DNA of 46,614 nucleotides from Candidatus Micrarchaeota archaeon. Its GTDB lineage: Archaea > Micrarchaeota > Micrarchaeia > Micrarchaeales > Micrarchaeaceae. The DNA is taken from positions 1-46,614 of the forward strand of contig JAKABJ010000001.1 in assembly GCA_021801905.1 (NCBI GenBank). Direction: 5' to 3'. The notes below the pieces were generated by a model that was given only the letters and a program-made list of their open reading frames with translations, searched no databases and was not told the origin of the DNA. Shown here in pieces: positions 27,232 to 37,662 of the stretch; the first letter of the stretch is position 1; each line of letters starts with the position of its first letter. Both the position numbers and the translations under genes were made by a program.

Positions 27232-28273
27232 TTCCGCCGCTTATTACAGCCACGGTTTTACCTCCTTCGGAGGGATTTAGCTTGTAATAAGCAGCAAATG
27301 CAGCAGAGCTCGCAAGCTCTCCCAAAATGCCATATTCTTCGTACATTTTTTGTTGCATTTTTACCATTTCCCTCTCTGTTATTGTAAATACCGACCCATT
27401 TGTATTACGTATTGCCTCTATTGCCTGGGCCCCGTATGTAGGCATCCCAACAGCTATTGCATCTGCTTCGGTATGGGGCTTTTCATAAACAATCTCATCC
27501 CCATTATTGAAGGCTTTTGCCAATGGAGAGCATTTTTCAGCCTGAACTGCTATCAGTTTTGGGAATTTGGATATGTTTCCAGCAGCTTTCAACTCGCACA
27601 GCCCTTTATACATTCCGCTTATTAAAGTACCATTCCCAACAGGCACTATTATCCTGCTAACATCATCGCATTGTGCAATAATTTCGTATGCGAGAGTCTT
27701 CTGACCCTCTTTTCTGTAACAGTAGTCACCGGAAAGAAAGACTTTGTTCTTGGATGCGTATAATGCGGCTTCGCCCTGAGCTTTTGAGAAATCTCCATTA
27801 ACCTTGTGGAGCACGGCATCATGGGTCTTTAATATATTATAGATTTTATCGCTTTTTGCTGATCTGCTTATGAAAACCCGTGCTTTTATTTTATAGATTT
27901 TTGAATAGTATGAAAGCGAGTATGCCATATTTCCTGTGGAAGCCACAGCCAGAGTTTTGTATCCGTACTCTTTTGCTTTTGCGACCTCGATTACAGAACC
28001 CCTGTCTTTAAACGACCTTGTTGGATTATAAAGCTCAAGCTTCAGCATGAGGTTTTTTTCATAAGAATCAATCATCCGTGTGCCTCCGAGCATTAGTCTT
28101 TTGTAATTTGATTTTGGCAGAAGCTCTTCATAGTCCCAAAAATCTTTTGAGTTTGGTATTTGGGCTAGATTTTTGTACTTAACCTCCAGTATGCCCCCGC
28201 ATTTGCATATCTGGCTGCTATAGCTCATCGGATAGGTAGAACCGCAGGATCTGCATATAAGGGAATATTCCAC
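27224..28273 (-). CDS. thrC: Threonine synthase-like PLP enzyme with N-terminal Zn ribbon
   Basis: CRSC...CKC, NPTRSFKDRG, ASTGN, EGQKT, VPVGNG. Confidence 0.8.
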   Translation of the reverse strand: MEYSLICRSCGSTYPMSYSSQICKCGGILEVKYKNLAQIPNSKDFWDYEELLPKSNYKRLMLGGTRMIDSYEKNLMLKLELYNPTRSFKDRGSVIEVAKAKEYGYKTLAVASTGNMAYSLSYYSKIYKIKARVFISRSAKSDKIYNILKTHDAVLHKVNGDFSKAQGEAALYASKNKVFLSGDYCYRKEGQKTLAYEIIAQCDDVSRIIVPVGNGTLISGMYKGLCELKAAGNISKFPKLIAVQAEKCSPLAKAFNNGDEIVYEKPHTEADAIAVGMPTYGAQAIEAIRNTNGSVFTITEREMVKMQQKMYEEYGILGELASSAAFAAYYKLNPSEGGKTVAVISGGNV

Positions 28274-28276
28274 GCT

Positions 28277-31078
28277 CTACGCCTGTTTTTGCAGTTTTTT
28301 AACCACATAGTTAAGTATTCCGCCTGCGCGGTAATATTCCATTTCAATCTCTGTGTCTATGCGCAATTCCAGCTCCGTTTCTGCCTCTAAATCGCTGCCA
28401 ATTTTATAGTATACCATTTTTATTTTCTCTCGCGGTTTCATTCCTTCATTTATATTTATGCTTATCGTTTTTGAATAGTCCATCATCAGGCTCTCGGCAG
28501 TCTCTCTGTTTTTGAATTGAAGCGGCACTACGCCCATGCCTATTAGATTGCTTCTATGAATTCGCTCAAAACTTCTTGCTATTATTGCTTTTACTCCTAG
28601 CAATGCTGGCCCTTTTGCAGCCCAATCTCTTGAACTTCCAGAGCCGTACTCTTCTCCAGCGATTACAACTTGCGGCACGTTTTCTTTCTTGTACCTCATT
28701 GCGGCTTCGTATATGGTGGTCTTTTCTCCAGATGGATAATGGATTGTGTTGCCCCCTGCGCTTCCGTCAAGCATGTGATTGACTATTCTAGAATTTGCAA
28801 ATGTTCCGCGCATCATAACTTCGTGATTTCCCCTCCTGGAGCCGTATGTGTTAAAGTCTGCAGGCTTTATTCCGTGCTCAATTAAGTATTTCCCAGCAGG
28901 GCTTGCTGATGATATTGCCCCGGCAGGCGATATGTGGTCCGTAGATATCGAGTCTCCAAAGACTGCCAGCACCCTCGCATCCTTTATAGGATTTATCTTC
29001 GATGCTAGCCTATCCGCTTCAAAGAACGGAGGCAGCCTTATGTATGTGCTATTCTCATCCCACACGTAAGCCTTTTCGGATGGGCTTTCAAGTATGTTCC
29101 AATAACGGTTTACATCGTAGATATTGGTTCCGTATTCTTTTTCGAACATCTCTTCGCTTATTACTTTGCCCATTATTTGGTTTATCTCTTCGTTGGTCGG
29201 CCATATTTCCTTCAGATATACTGGCTCGCCTTTGTTATTTCTGCCCAGAGGCTCTTTTGTAAGGTCTATAAGTATAGTTCCGGCTATGGCAAATGCAATC
29301 AGCAGCGGAGGAGACATTAGATAATTCGCTTTTACATCTGTATGTATCCTTGCTTCGTAATTCCTGTTTCCTGATAAAACCGCAACGACATTAAGGTCAT
29401 TATTGTTTATGGCGCTGCTTTGCTTGTCTATGAGAGGCCCGCTGTTCCCTATGCAGGTTATGCAGCCATACCCTACCACGTCATACCCCAGCTTCTCTAA
29501 AGGCTCAATAAGGCCTGCTTTTTGCATATACCTAGTTACTACCCTTGAGCCAGGCCCCATGCTTGTTTTAACTTTCTTTGTATTTATCTTCAGCCCTTTC
29601 TCTAGCGCTTTTTTTGCCAGCAGGCCGGCTGCAATCATGACATGGGGGTTGCTTGTGTTTGTACAGCTCGTTATAGATGATATTACGATATCGCCATCAG
29701 ATAAAGTAACTTTCGTTCCATCTTCGTATTCTATATTAACAGACTTCTTCCTTTCGTGAGGGTTAACATTGCCAGCGTTATTCGCTGAATTTATGCTTTC
29801 TGAAGACCATCTTGCAAGCTCTTTTCCGCTGGGTTCAATCTCTTTGGGATCCCTTCCATCAAGGAAAATGGATGTAAATTCGTCCTTGACTTTATCAAGA
29901 GGCGTTTGCTGCTTTGGCTGCGAAGGTCCGGAAACACTGGGCATAATTGTAGAGAGATCCACCTCCAGTATATCGCTATAATCTATATTTTTATAATCCA
30001 GATTCAGCATTCCTTGAGCATCATAATATTCTTTTATGAGTTTTATCCTGCTTTTTGGCCTCCCTGTCATCTCCAAATACCTTAACGTCTCATCATCCAC
30101 AGGGAAGATTGCAACAGTGGCGCCATATTCTGGGCACATGTTTGAGAGTGTTGCTCTATCAGGAAGAGAGAGGTATTTTAGCCCGTCTCCAAAAAATTCT
30201 ACAAACATATTCACTACTCCTTTCTCCCTGAGCAGTTTTGTAAGGGTTAATGCAAAATCGGTTGCTGTAGATCCTTCTGGAAGCTTGTTTGTAAGGCGTA
30301 CTCCGAGCACTTTTGGCATTGTTATTGAAACTGGCTGGCCTACCAATGCAGCTTCGGCTTCTATGCCACCTACACCAAATCCCACTATTCCTAGAGAATC
30401 GACCATTGTAGTATGGGAATCTGTGCCAACTAGCGTATCTGGAAACGCTTCTTCTCCAATCTGTGTAGTTCTTGTTGCCACACACGTTGCAAGGAATTCT
30501 AAATTTACTTGATGGCATATGCCAGCAGATGGGGGGAAAACTCTAAAATTGTTAAAGGCTTTGCTTGCCCATTTTAGGAGTTTGTATCTTTCAGAATTTC
30601 TTTCTATCTCTTTCTCTTGGTTTATTTCTAGAGCCTGGATTACATTGAAGGAATCAACTTGCACAGAATGGTCTATAATAAGATCTGTAGGTATTATTGG
30701 CTGGACATCGTCTGGTTTTCCCCCTTTCTTTATTATAAAATCCCTTATTGCTGCCATATCTACAACAGCAGGAACGCCGGTAAAGTCCTGCATCAAGACT
30801 CTTGAAACTTTGAATGGTATGTCTTGATCTTTTGGTTTTTTGGAATCCCATTCTAGAAGATTTGTTATGTCCTGTTTTTTTATGCTTTGCCCATCCATGT
30901 TCCTTACAAGAGACTCAAGAACTATTCTCAAAGAAAAAGGCAGCCTTGACGGGTCTCCCATCCCTATTTTTTTTAATTCTGGAAGAGAATAGTAAGATAT
31001 CTCTTTTTCATCAATAATTAATTTCTTGATGAGCTTCTGCTTTATCTCTTCTTCAAAACCGATGTTTTTGCCTTCCAT
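28277..31078 (-). CDS. acnA: Aconitate hydratase A
   Basis: QDFTGVP, DSHTTM, ITSCTNTSNP, GCITCIGNSG, GSSRDWAAKG. Confidence 0.97.
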   Translation of the reverse strand: MEGKNIGFEEEIKQKLIKKLIIDEKEISYYSLPELKKIGMGDPSRLPFSLRIVLESLVRNMDGQSIKKQDITNLLEWDSKKPKDQDIPFKVSRVLMQDFTGVPAVVDMAAIRDFIIKKGGKPDDVQPIIPTDLIIDHSVQVDSFNVIQALEINQEKEIERNSERYKLLKWASKAFNNFRVFPPSAGICHQVNLEFLATCVATRTTQIGEEAFPDTLVGTDSHTTMVDSLGIVGFGVGGIEAEAALVGQPVSITMPKVLGVRLTNKLPEGSTATDFALTLTKLLREKGVVNMFVEFFGDGLKYLSLPDRATLSNMCPEYGATVAIFPVDDETLRYLEMTGRPKSRIKLIKEYYDAQGMLNLDYKNIDYSDILEVDLSTIMPSVSGPSQPKQQTPLDKVKDEFTSIFLDGRDPKEIEPSGKELARWSSESINSANNAGNVNPHERKKSVNIEYEDGTKVTLSDGDIVISSITSCTNTSNPHVMIAAGLLAKKALEKGLKINTKKVKTSMGPGSRVVTRYMQKAGLIEPLEKLGYDVVGYGCITCIGNSGPLIDKQSSAINNNDLNVVAVLSGNRNYEARIHTDVKANYLMSPPLLIAFAIAGTILIDLTKEPLGRNNKGEPVYLKEIWPTNEEINQIMGKVISEEMFEKEYGTNIYDVNRYWNILESPSEKAYVWDENSTYIRLPPFFEADRLASKINPIKDARVLAVFGDSISTDHISPAGAISSASPAGKYLIEHGIKPADFNTYGSRRGNHEVMMRGTFANSRIVNHMLDGSAGGNTIHYPSGEKTTIYEAAMRYKKENVPQVVIAGEEYGSGSSRDWAAKGPALLGVKAIIARSFERIHRSNLIGMGVVPLQFKNRETAESLMMDYSKTISININEGMKPREKIKMVYYKIGSDLEAETELELRIDTEIEMEYYRAGGILNYVVKKLQKQA

Positions 31079-31096
31079 GTCATCCTTGGGTCTTAT

Positions 31097-32041
31097 TTAT
31101 AACTCTTTTAGCCTATTAATCAGCGCGTGCACCTTTGCTGATGATTCTTTCAGCTGATCAGATTCATGCTTTGTTAACTCCAATTCTATCACTTTTTCTA
31201 TCCCTTTTTCTCCCAGCACCACAGGAACCCCCATGAATATGCCTTTTATCCCATATTCGCCATTAAGATATGAGGCGCAGGGCAGCACCATCTTTTTGTC
31301 TTTTAATATTGACTCTGCCATCAGCACAAGCGATGAAGCAGGAGCGTAATAAGCACTGGACTTTTTTTCTAGGTTTATTATTTCCGCACCGCCATCCCTG
31401 GTCCTTTGAACTATTTTGTTTATTTCATCGGAGCTAAGCAAGCTTGTTATTGGTATGCCATTCACACTTGAATGTTTGGGTAAAGGCACCATAAAATCCC
31501 CATGCCCTCCCAAAACCATCCCGTTAACGCTTTCTACGCTCACTTTTAATGCATCCGATATGAAAGACCTAAACCTTGCGGAGTCGAGTATTCCTGCCAT
31601 TCCCATAACTCTTTCTCTTGGAAAGCCGGTAACCTGCTTTGCCAAGTATACCATGGCGTCAAGAGGATTGGTCAAAACTATAAGTTTGCTATCAGGAGAG
31701 TACCTCTTTATCTGCATTGAGAGGTCTTTGACTATGGCAGCATTCGTTTTAAGCAGGTCATCCCTTGATTGCCCTTCCTTTCTGGGAGCGCCGGCGGTCA
31801 TGATTATTATTTCGCTGTTTTTAATTTCTTTAATGTCCGAAGTGCCCTCTATCTCAGAGTCAAAACCTTCTAATGGAGAGCTTTCTTTTATGTCAAGGGC
31901 CATACCTTTTGCCATGCCTTCAGTCCTGTCCCACAATAGTATGTCGCACATCTCGGCATACGCAAGCCTCTGGGCGGTTGTTGCTCCAACCTTGCCTGCT
32001 CCCAATATTGATATTTTCTTTCTCATAACGTCATCTCTCAC
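31097..32041 (-). CDS. mdh: Malate dehydrogenase (LDH-like)
   Basis: GAGKVG, PRKEGQSRDDL, TNPLD, LDSARF, GGHGD. Confidence 0.94.
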   Translation of the reverse strand: MRDDVMRKKISILGAGKVGATTAQRLAYAEMCDILLWDRTEGMAKGMALDIKESSPLEGFDSEIEGTSDIKEIKNSEIIIMTAGAPRKEGQSRDDLLKTNAAIVKDLSMQIKRYSPDSKLIVLTNPLDAMVYLAKQVTGFPRERVMGMAGILDSARFRSFISDALKVSVESVNGMVLGGHGDFMVPLPKHSSVNGIPITSLLSSDEINKIVQRTRDGGAEIINLEKKSSAYYAPASSLVLMAESILKDKKMVLPCASYLNGEYGIKGIFMGVPVVLGEKGIEKVIELELTKHESDQLKESSAKVHALINRLKEL

Positions 32042-33179
32042 TTATTGGCAGGTATTTTTTGTCTATTTCCCCTTTATATAGCTCGAGAGGGCGTATCAGT
32101 TTGTTGTCTTCCCAGTATTCAATCATATGCGCACACCATCCCGCCATTCTGCTTGCAGCAAAAAGCGGCGTGAATAGATCTACTTTTATCCCTACACTCA
32201 CGTATACCGGACCTGCGAAAAAATCAACATTTGGCCAAATTCCATGGGTCTTGCCAAGTTTGTCAATCATTAATTTCTCCCCTCTTAATGCAATTTCTGT
32301 TAGTTTTTTTATTTCGGGGGAGGGATTTTGCTGAAGAGTTAGCAGGTATCCTTTGATTATTTTGGCTCTGGGGTCATAGGTTTTATAGACCCTGTGGCCG
32401 AAGCCCATTATCTTCTTTTTTCCTGCAAGGGCATCGTTTATGTAAGACTCGGTATTGCTTGGATCACCTATGGCTTCCATCATTTTGAGCGCTTCCTCAT
32501 CTGCACCACCATGTAACGGACCCTTTAATGCTGATATGCCGGCAGTGGCTGCTGAATATAAGTCTGCAAGGGTAGACCCTGCGACCATAGTTGCGAATGT
32601 TGATGCGTTTGTGCTATGCTCTGCCTGAAGAATAAACATCATCTCAATTGGTTTTACTTCATCTGGAGTAGGTTTTTCCCCTTTCAGCATGTATATGAAG
32701 TTTTCAGAGTGGCTAAGGGACAAATCTGGTTTTGTGTAGCCTTTGCCATTCATGGCTGCACCTATAGTTGCGACTATGCTTGAGGTTTTTGAGATTAGTT
32801 TTATTGCTTTTTTGATATTGGCTTCTTTTGTTTGGGTCTTTGTATCGCTATCATATATGGAAAGGTATGAGACAGCCGTACGCAGTATATCCATAGGATC
32901 AGATTTGCTTGCGGACTCTATTATGAGATTTATTATTTTATCAGGCAATTCCCTTTCCGCTTTTAACTTTGCTGAGAAATCTTCAAGTTCAGATTTTGTG
33001 GGCAGTTTCCCGTTCAGCAGAAGGTATGATGCCTCTTCGTAACTCGAGTTTTTAGCTATATCCTCAATCGGATAACCCCTGTAATAAAGCCTGCCTTGTG
33101 CTCCATCTACCTTACAGATTGTGCTTTCGCTTACATATACTCCGTCCAACCCTTTATGTATCTCCGGTTGTTCATCCAT
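32031..33179 (-). CDS. gltA: Citrate synthase (citrate/2-methylcitrate synthase family)
   Basis: GLDGV, LYYRGY, GPLHGGA, GFGHRVY, PNVDF. Confidence 0.93.
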   Translation of the reverse strand: MDEQPEIHKGLDGVYVSESTICKVDGAQGRLYYRGYPIEDIAKNSSYEEASYLLLNGKLPTKSELEDFSAKLKAERELPDKIINLIIESASKSDPMDILRTAVSYLSIYDSDTKTQTKEANIKKAIKLISKTSSIVATIGAAMNGKGYTKPDLSLSHSENFIYMLKGEKPTPDEVKPIEMMFILQAEHSTNASTFATMVAGSTLADLYSAATAGISALKGPLHGGADEEALKMMEAIGDPSNTESYINDALAGKKKIMGFGHRVYKTYDPRAKIIKGYLLTLQQNPSPEIKKLTEIALRGEKLMIDKLGKTHGIWPNVDFFAGPVYVSVGIKVDLFTPLFAASRMAGWCAHMIEYWEDNKLIRPLELYKGEIDKKYLPISER

Positions 33180-33321
33180 ATAATCGTTTTAAACACTCAC
33201 TTAAATAATATATTGATGATGTACTTTCATGATTACTTAAGTTCAATGCGGCGGAATTATTAAGCCAGACGCAAGAGTACAGAATATAAATGTGCATTAA
33301 TAATATTTTTTGATGATTTGT

Positions 33322-34323
33322 ATGGGAGAGATGCCTGCCGAACTTAAGCAAAGAATGCAAAAGCAAGGATATCATTTTGTAGGAAAGCATTCTGCAGTAA
33401 AAATATGTGAGTATACCGCAAATGGCATAAGAGGCAAGACTTTATGCTATAAATACACATTTTATGGCATAAGAAGCTGGCAGTGCATACAAGGCACGCC
33501 TGCGATAGGATGTGATCTTGGCTGTTCTTTCTGCTGGAGGCTCATACCTGAAGAACATGGGTTCAAATGGAATGAGTTGAATGCGGTAAGTAAGTGGGAT
33601 GACCCTGCTTTCATTGTTGAAAACATGATAAACGAGCAGCGTAAGATTGTAAGCGGATATAAAGGAGGACTTGATAATGAATTGCTGCTTAAGAGGTGGG
33701 AGGAAGCAAATAGCCCAAAGCATGTTGCATTAAGCCTTACTGGAGAGCCGATGTTTTATCCGAAAATGGGCATGTTGTTGTCCGAATTCCACAAAAGAGG
33801 GATTAGCACTTTCCTGGTACATAACGGCACATTGCCGGAAGCGCTAGAAAAGCTTAATCCGCTGCCTACGCAGCTTTATGTGTCTTTGCAGGCTCCAAAT
33901 GCAGAAATTTATGAAAAAACAGTACGCGCAAAGATACCTAATTCGTGGGAGAGGTTCAAAAATGCGCTTGCGGTAATGAGAACCTTAAAAACCCGCACAG
34001 TGTTGAGAATGACTTTGGTAAAGGGATTAAACATGTGCGACCCTGAAGGATATGCGAATTTGATAAAGATTGCAATGCCGAATTATGTAGAAGTTAAAGG
34101 TTTCTCTTTTATTGGAGGGGCGAGAAATGCATCCAGGGGGCTTAGCCTAGCAAGCATGCCAAATCATAAGGAAATAAAAGATTTTGCTTCTACGCTCTCG
34201 CAGTTTACAGGATACATTGTCACCGCCGAGCATTCACCGAGCAAAGTTGTGCTGCTTTCTAGAGACGAAGACTCTAAAAAGAATAGGATTATAGATTTCA
34301 GCTCTATAGGAAAGGCTCTGTGA
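33322..34323 (+). CDS. taw1: 4-demethylwyosine synthase TYW1/Taw1 (radical SAM)
   Basis: HSAVKIC, CYKYTFYGI, CDLGCSFCWR, SLTGEP, YVEVK; start at 33322 or nearby. Confidence 0.94.
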   Translation: MGEMPAELKQRMQKQGYHFVGKHSAVKICEYTANGIRGKTLCYKYTFYGIRSWQCIQGTPAIGCDLGCSFCWRLIPEEHGFKWNELNAVSKWDDPAFIVENMINEQRKIVSGYKGGLDNELLLKRWEEANSPKHVALSLTGEPMFYPKMGMLLSEFHKRGISTFLVHNGTLPEALEKLNPLPTQLYVSLQAPNAEIYEKTVRAKIPNSWERFKNALAVMRTLKTRTVLRMTLVKGLNMCDPEGYANLIKIAMPNYVEVKGFSFIGGARNASRGLSLASMPNHKEIKDFASTLSQFTGYIVTAEHSPSKVVLLSRDEDSKKNRIIDFSSIGKAL

Positions 34324-34427
34324 CGCTTACATCAGAACCCTATTGCTCACTTCCGCTAATACGTTTTATCTAAGTATTTAAATATATATTTATATAAAAT
34401 ATATTTACTAAAGTAAATGGTGATTCC

Positions 34428-34790
34428 GTGGATGATTTTCTAAAAGGCAAATGTATATTGATACCTGCGCTGCTATTCATATCCCTTGTAAGTTTTGTTA
34501 ATGGCGCGAGTTTGGGTTACAGTTTGCAGATAGTGACTGAATTAGCAAATATAAAAAATATTTTAGGGCAAATAGGCCCGATTTTAAGTGCCGTGATGTT
34601 CATAATTGCGGGAGTCTTCTATGCATTAGGCCAAATGATGCCACCTGATAAGAAAGCTAATTTCCACAGCACTGCAGTAAACATCATAATTGGCGCGATT
34701 GTTGTGGGTGTCCTGAGCGTTGCTGCCACCTCTTTTGCAACAGCTTCTACGCATTTGCTTAGCAACATGACTTTGAATTCCTCACAGTAG
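34428..34790 (+). CDS. VirB2/TrbC/CedA1-like pilin candidate
   Basis: 120 aa; signal-like N-terminus, then two hydrophobic helices separated by a short charged loop (PPDKKA); GTG start after a GGTGA SD. Confidence 0.6.
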   Translation: MDDFLKGKCILIPALLFISLVSFVNGASLGYSLQIVTELANIKNILGQIGPILSAVMFIIAGVFYALGQMMPPDKKANFHSTAVNIIIGAIVVGVLSVAATSFATASTHLLSNMTLNSSQ

Positions 34791-34797
34791 TGATAGA

Positions 34798-35829
34798 TTG
34801 ATAGGCTACGAGATTGCAGTTAGCACAGTAGCAATTATGATAAGTATTGGGGGAATTGTGCTTGGGATAGGGTACGGGATTGATGATCGGCGCTTGAAGT
34901 CCTTTGGCAAGGATGAGCTTCTTCAATCATTTATAAATGCAATCATAATTGGGGCATTGTTTACTTTTTTCAGCCCTAATGGATTAGGCATATCTTTGGT
35001 AAATAGCGTCGTGCAATCTTCAAACATAGAGGCATCCTGCTCTGGGTTTATGAGTGACAACTATGCAATTTGCTTTGCTGATAATTACCTTGTGGGAGTG
35101 CAGCCAGTAGGGATTGGAGGCGCAAGATATCCTTCATTGCTTGATGCATCTTTTACATTGCTGGCCCCATTGACTGGCAGTTATTTGCTTTTAGGGGTAA
35201 TATCCGCAACAGAATTGAACCTTGGTTTTGCGTCTTTCTCCTTTTCAAGCATATTGTCACCAGTTATGTCAGAAGAGAGTTTTATAATAAAGCTGATAAC
35301 GTTCGGAATAATTGACCTCTATACTCAGTCTGCGCTGCTTAGCGTGGTCTCTCTTGTTGCCATCCCCTTACTTCTGCCCGTAGGAATAGTTTTGCGCACA
35401 TTTTATCTGACTAGAAAAATAGGCGGCACGATAATAGCAATCGCAATAGGCCTTTTTGCAGTATACCCTCTTACTTATTTGCTAGATGCGCAGATAACTG
35501 CCAATTATTCTACAAGTTTGGGGGCAAATGCATTCACGGCATTTAACTTAAACTCCCAATCAATACAGGAACAAATCTTATCTGCTGGAAGCAGCAGTAT
35601 TTCAACAAATTCGATAACTAATTTTGGAAGCGGACTTCTCTCAAGTTTGACAAATGTTGCTAGTTCTTTCACAGATGTGCTGCGGCAAGTTATGGCAGCA
35701 GTATCTGTGTTGATAATAGAGGTATTCTTCTTCCCTTTGTTCAGCTTGATTATAACCATAGTTTCAATTAGGGAATTGGCTACTGCTCTGGGATCCGAGG
35801 TATCTTTTGGGAAATTTGACATATTCTAG
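34798..35829 (+). CDS. Polytopic membrane protein (VirB6/CedA-like candidate)
   Basis: 343 aa, about 6-7 TM segments, Cys pair in a loop, GIVLRTF..TRKIGG motif, S/T/N-rich loop. Confidence 0.6.
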   Translation: MIGYEIAVSTVAIMISIGGIVLGIGYGIDDRRLKSFGKDELLQSFINAIIIGALFTFFSPNGLGISLVNSVVQSSNIEASCSGFMSDNYAICFADNYLVGVQPVGIGGARYPSLLDASFTLLAPLTGSYLLLGVISATELNLGFASFSFSSILSPVMSEESFIIKLITFGIIDLYTQSALLSVVSLVAIPLLLPVGIVLRTFYLTRKIGGTIIAIAIGLFAVYPLTYLLDAQITANYSTSLGANAFTAFNLNSQSIQEQILSAGSSSISTNSITNFGSGLLSSLTNVASSFTDVLRQVMAAVSVLIIEVFFFPLFSLIITIVSIRELATALGSEVSFGKFDIF

Positions 35830-35836
35830 GGGTTTT

Positions 35837-36568
35837 ATGGAGAATTTTATTGTGTATATAATTGCCGGCGCATGCTGCATCGCTGCGATAGCTAGCATTA
35901 TTACATTTAACCCTTACCTTATAGCAATTACTCCTTTGCTAGGGATTCTGTTTTTGATATTATTCAAAGGTTGGAACATTATAGAGGCATTGCTATTCAA
36001 ACACACACATATAATTCAGATGTTTGATGGCTTTGAACTAAGCGGGAGTAGGCTAACGGCTGTCGCAAGAGAAGGAGGGATTTACACATCAGTCTCTGCT
36101 GCGGAGCTTGTGCCTACCTCAAATTCCGAAATCGACAGGGATAAATTGGAGAGATTAATCAGGAATTTTGGCTTCCCTTTCCGATTAAGCACTTATGTGA
36201 AGAGATTCAAAACCGACAAGATAATAGAGAAGCTGCAGGTAAGGAGAAAAATGAAGGAGATTGAATTATCCAGGATACATAACCAAAAATCCGGTACAGG
36301 AATGCTTAAAGCTGCAAGGCTAAAGGAGGAAATATCTTGCCTAAACCATGAGCTCTCCCAGATACAGGGTGGCGGAGTTCCGCTTGAAATGAGATATTAT
36401 GTTGTAACCGCTTCGAGCGCGAACTTGAAATATAAGGCGGATGAGGAGGCGCTATCTAACTTAAAAGAAGTGCTCTCTGGTTTGAATGCAATTTTAGGCA
36501 CAGAATCGGCAATACTAAGCGGCCCTGAATTAATAAAAATGATAAAATTTGATTACGTGATGCAATGA
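35837..36568 (+). CDS. Membrane-anchored coiled-coil protein (resembles a detached N-terminal module of VirB4/CedB-type ATPases)
   Basis: Two N-terminal TM helices, central coiled coil; ATGA overlap with the ATPase gene; start at 35837 inferred. Confidence 0.6.
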   Translation: MENFIVYIIAGACCIAAIASIITFNPYLIAITPLLGILFLILFKGWNIIEALLFKHTHIIQMFDGFELSGSRLTAVAREGGIYTSVSAAELVPTSNSEIDRDKLERLIRNFGFPFRLSTYVKRFKTDKIIEKLQVRRKMKEIELSRIHNQKSGTGMLKAARLKEEISCLNHELSQIQGGGVPLEMRYYVVTASSANLKYKADEEALSNLKEVLSGLNAILGTESAILSGPELIKMIKFDYVMQ

Positions 36569-37656
36569 TATCAAATTCTATAAACGCGGCAAGGCTATTG
36601 GATGTGTTTATGGGGAGCGAACCTGCTCCAAAAAATAATGATATTGTTGAAGGGATATATGTGGGAAAAACTTTGGCATATAACCTGCCGTTTTTCCTTA
36701 ATAGCAGCAGATTGATAAACCCCCACATATCTATTGTCGGAATGACAGGATCTGGAAAGAGTTACCTGCTAAAGAGCATGATAATGCGCTTGTACATCAG
36801 CAATAATGTGAATATTCTAATAATTGACTGGTCGTCCGAATATTCTCAGCTAGTAAAGGATCTTGGCGGAATTGTAAGAAGCGCCAGAGGCAATGCAGAT
36901 ATTCCTGTAGAGCACCTGCCTGAAGGTATTTTGTCCATAGATTTATCAGAGATAAGAGATCCTTCAATTGCAGGCTGCACAGCTAGAAATGCACTTTTAG
37001 AAGTATCTAAATCCATGTCTCGTTCTAAGTTAAATGAAAAAGTGCGTTGGGTTATTGTTATAGATGAGGCTTGGAAATTGGCGGATTATGAAAAAGTGTT
37101 AGGAAGGCTTTTTAGAGAAGGGAGAAAGTTTGGGTTTTCTATCATAGTGGCAACGCAATTGATAAAGGATGTAAATAATGAGATTTTGGCTAATGCGGCT
37201 TGCTGTTTTGTTTTTCGTTTGATGGGATCGGAAAATTTTGATGCGCTTTCATCTTCAGGTTTGCTAAAGCACAATGATATAGAGACTGTAAAATCTTTGA
37301 ACCGAGGGACATGCATGGTGTCTTTGCACACTAGAAAAGATATTGAGAAAAATTTTGCCGTTAGAATAGATGGTTTTTCCTTTAAGTCGTATCTACTATC
37401 ATACTCGGGTGTAAAAATGAAGGTGTCATTGGAAAGCATATCTAATGCGATATCTAAAATGGAGATCTGCACCGAAGACCGGTTAAAGCTCTTTAGGTTC
37501 TTTGATGATGCAGGGCAGTCTTTGGACCTAATCCAGGTAATCGGCGCGATGATGGAAATTGGAATAAAAAGAGTTGAAATGATATCATTTTTCTCCGAGC
37601 TTGGAGTAGATGAAACTTCTGTTGCAATATCAATAGAATCAATAAAAAAGGTGTGA
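36565..37656 (+). CDS. VirB4/HerA-like (DUF87) P-loop ATPase
   Basis: NPHISIVGMTGSGKS, IIDWSSEY, Walker B IVIDEAW, REGRKFG..IVATQ. Confidence 0.88.
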   Translation: MISNSINAARLLDVFMGSEPAPKNNDIVEGIYVGKTLAYNLPFFLNSSRLINPHISIVGMTGSGKSYLLKSMIMRLYISNNVNILIIDWSSEYSQLVKDLGGIVRSARGNADIPVEHLPEGILSIDLSEIRDPSIAGCTARNALLEVSKSMSRSKLNEKVRWVIVIDEAWKLADYEKVLGRLFREGRKFGFSIIVATQLIKDVNNEILANAACCFVFRLMGSENFDALSSSGLLKHNDIETVKSLNRGTCMVSLHTRKDIEKNFAVRIDGFSFKSYLLSYSGVKMKVSLESISNAISKMEICTEDRLKLFRFFDDAGQSLDLIQVIGAMMEIGIKRVEMISFFSELGVDETSVAISIESIKKV

Positions 37657-37662
37657 ATTTTA

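Noticed and set aside
33215..33285. TGATGA box and TGTACT/AGTACA stem between gltA and taw1 as a possible C/D or H/ACA sRNA
   Set aside because: No correctly spaced CTGA D box or K-turn; the region is explained by divergent promoters
34375..34415. Very AT-rich tract as a replication origin or CRISPR leader
   Set aside because: No ORB repeats, cdc6 gene or repeat-spacer array; best read as the promoter of the downstream operon
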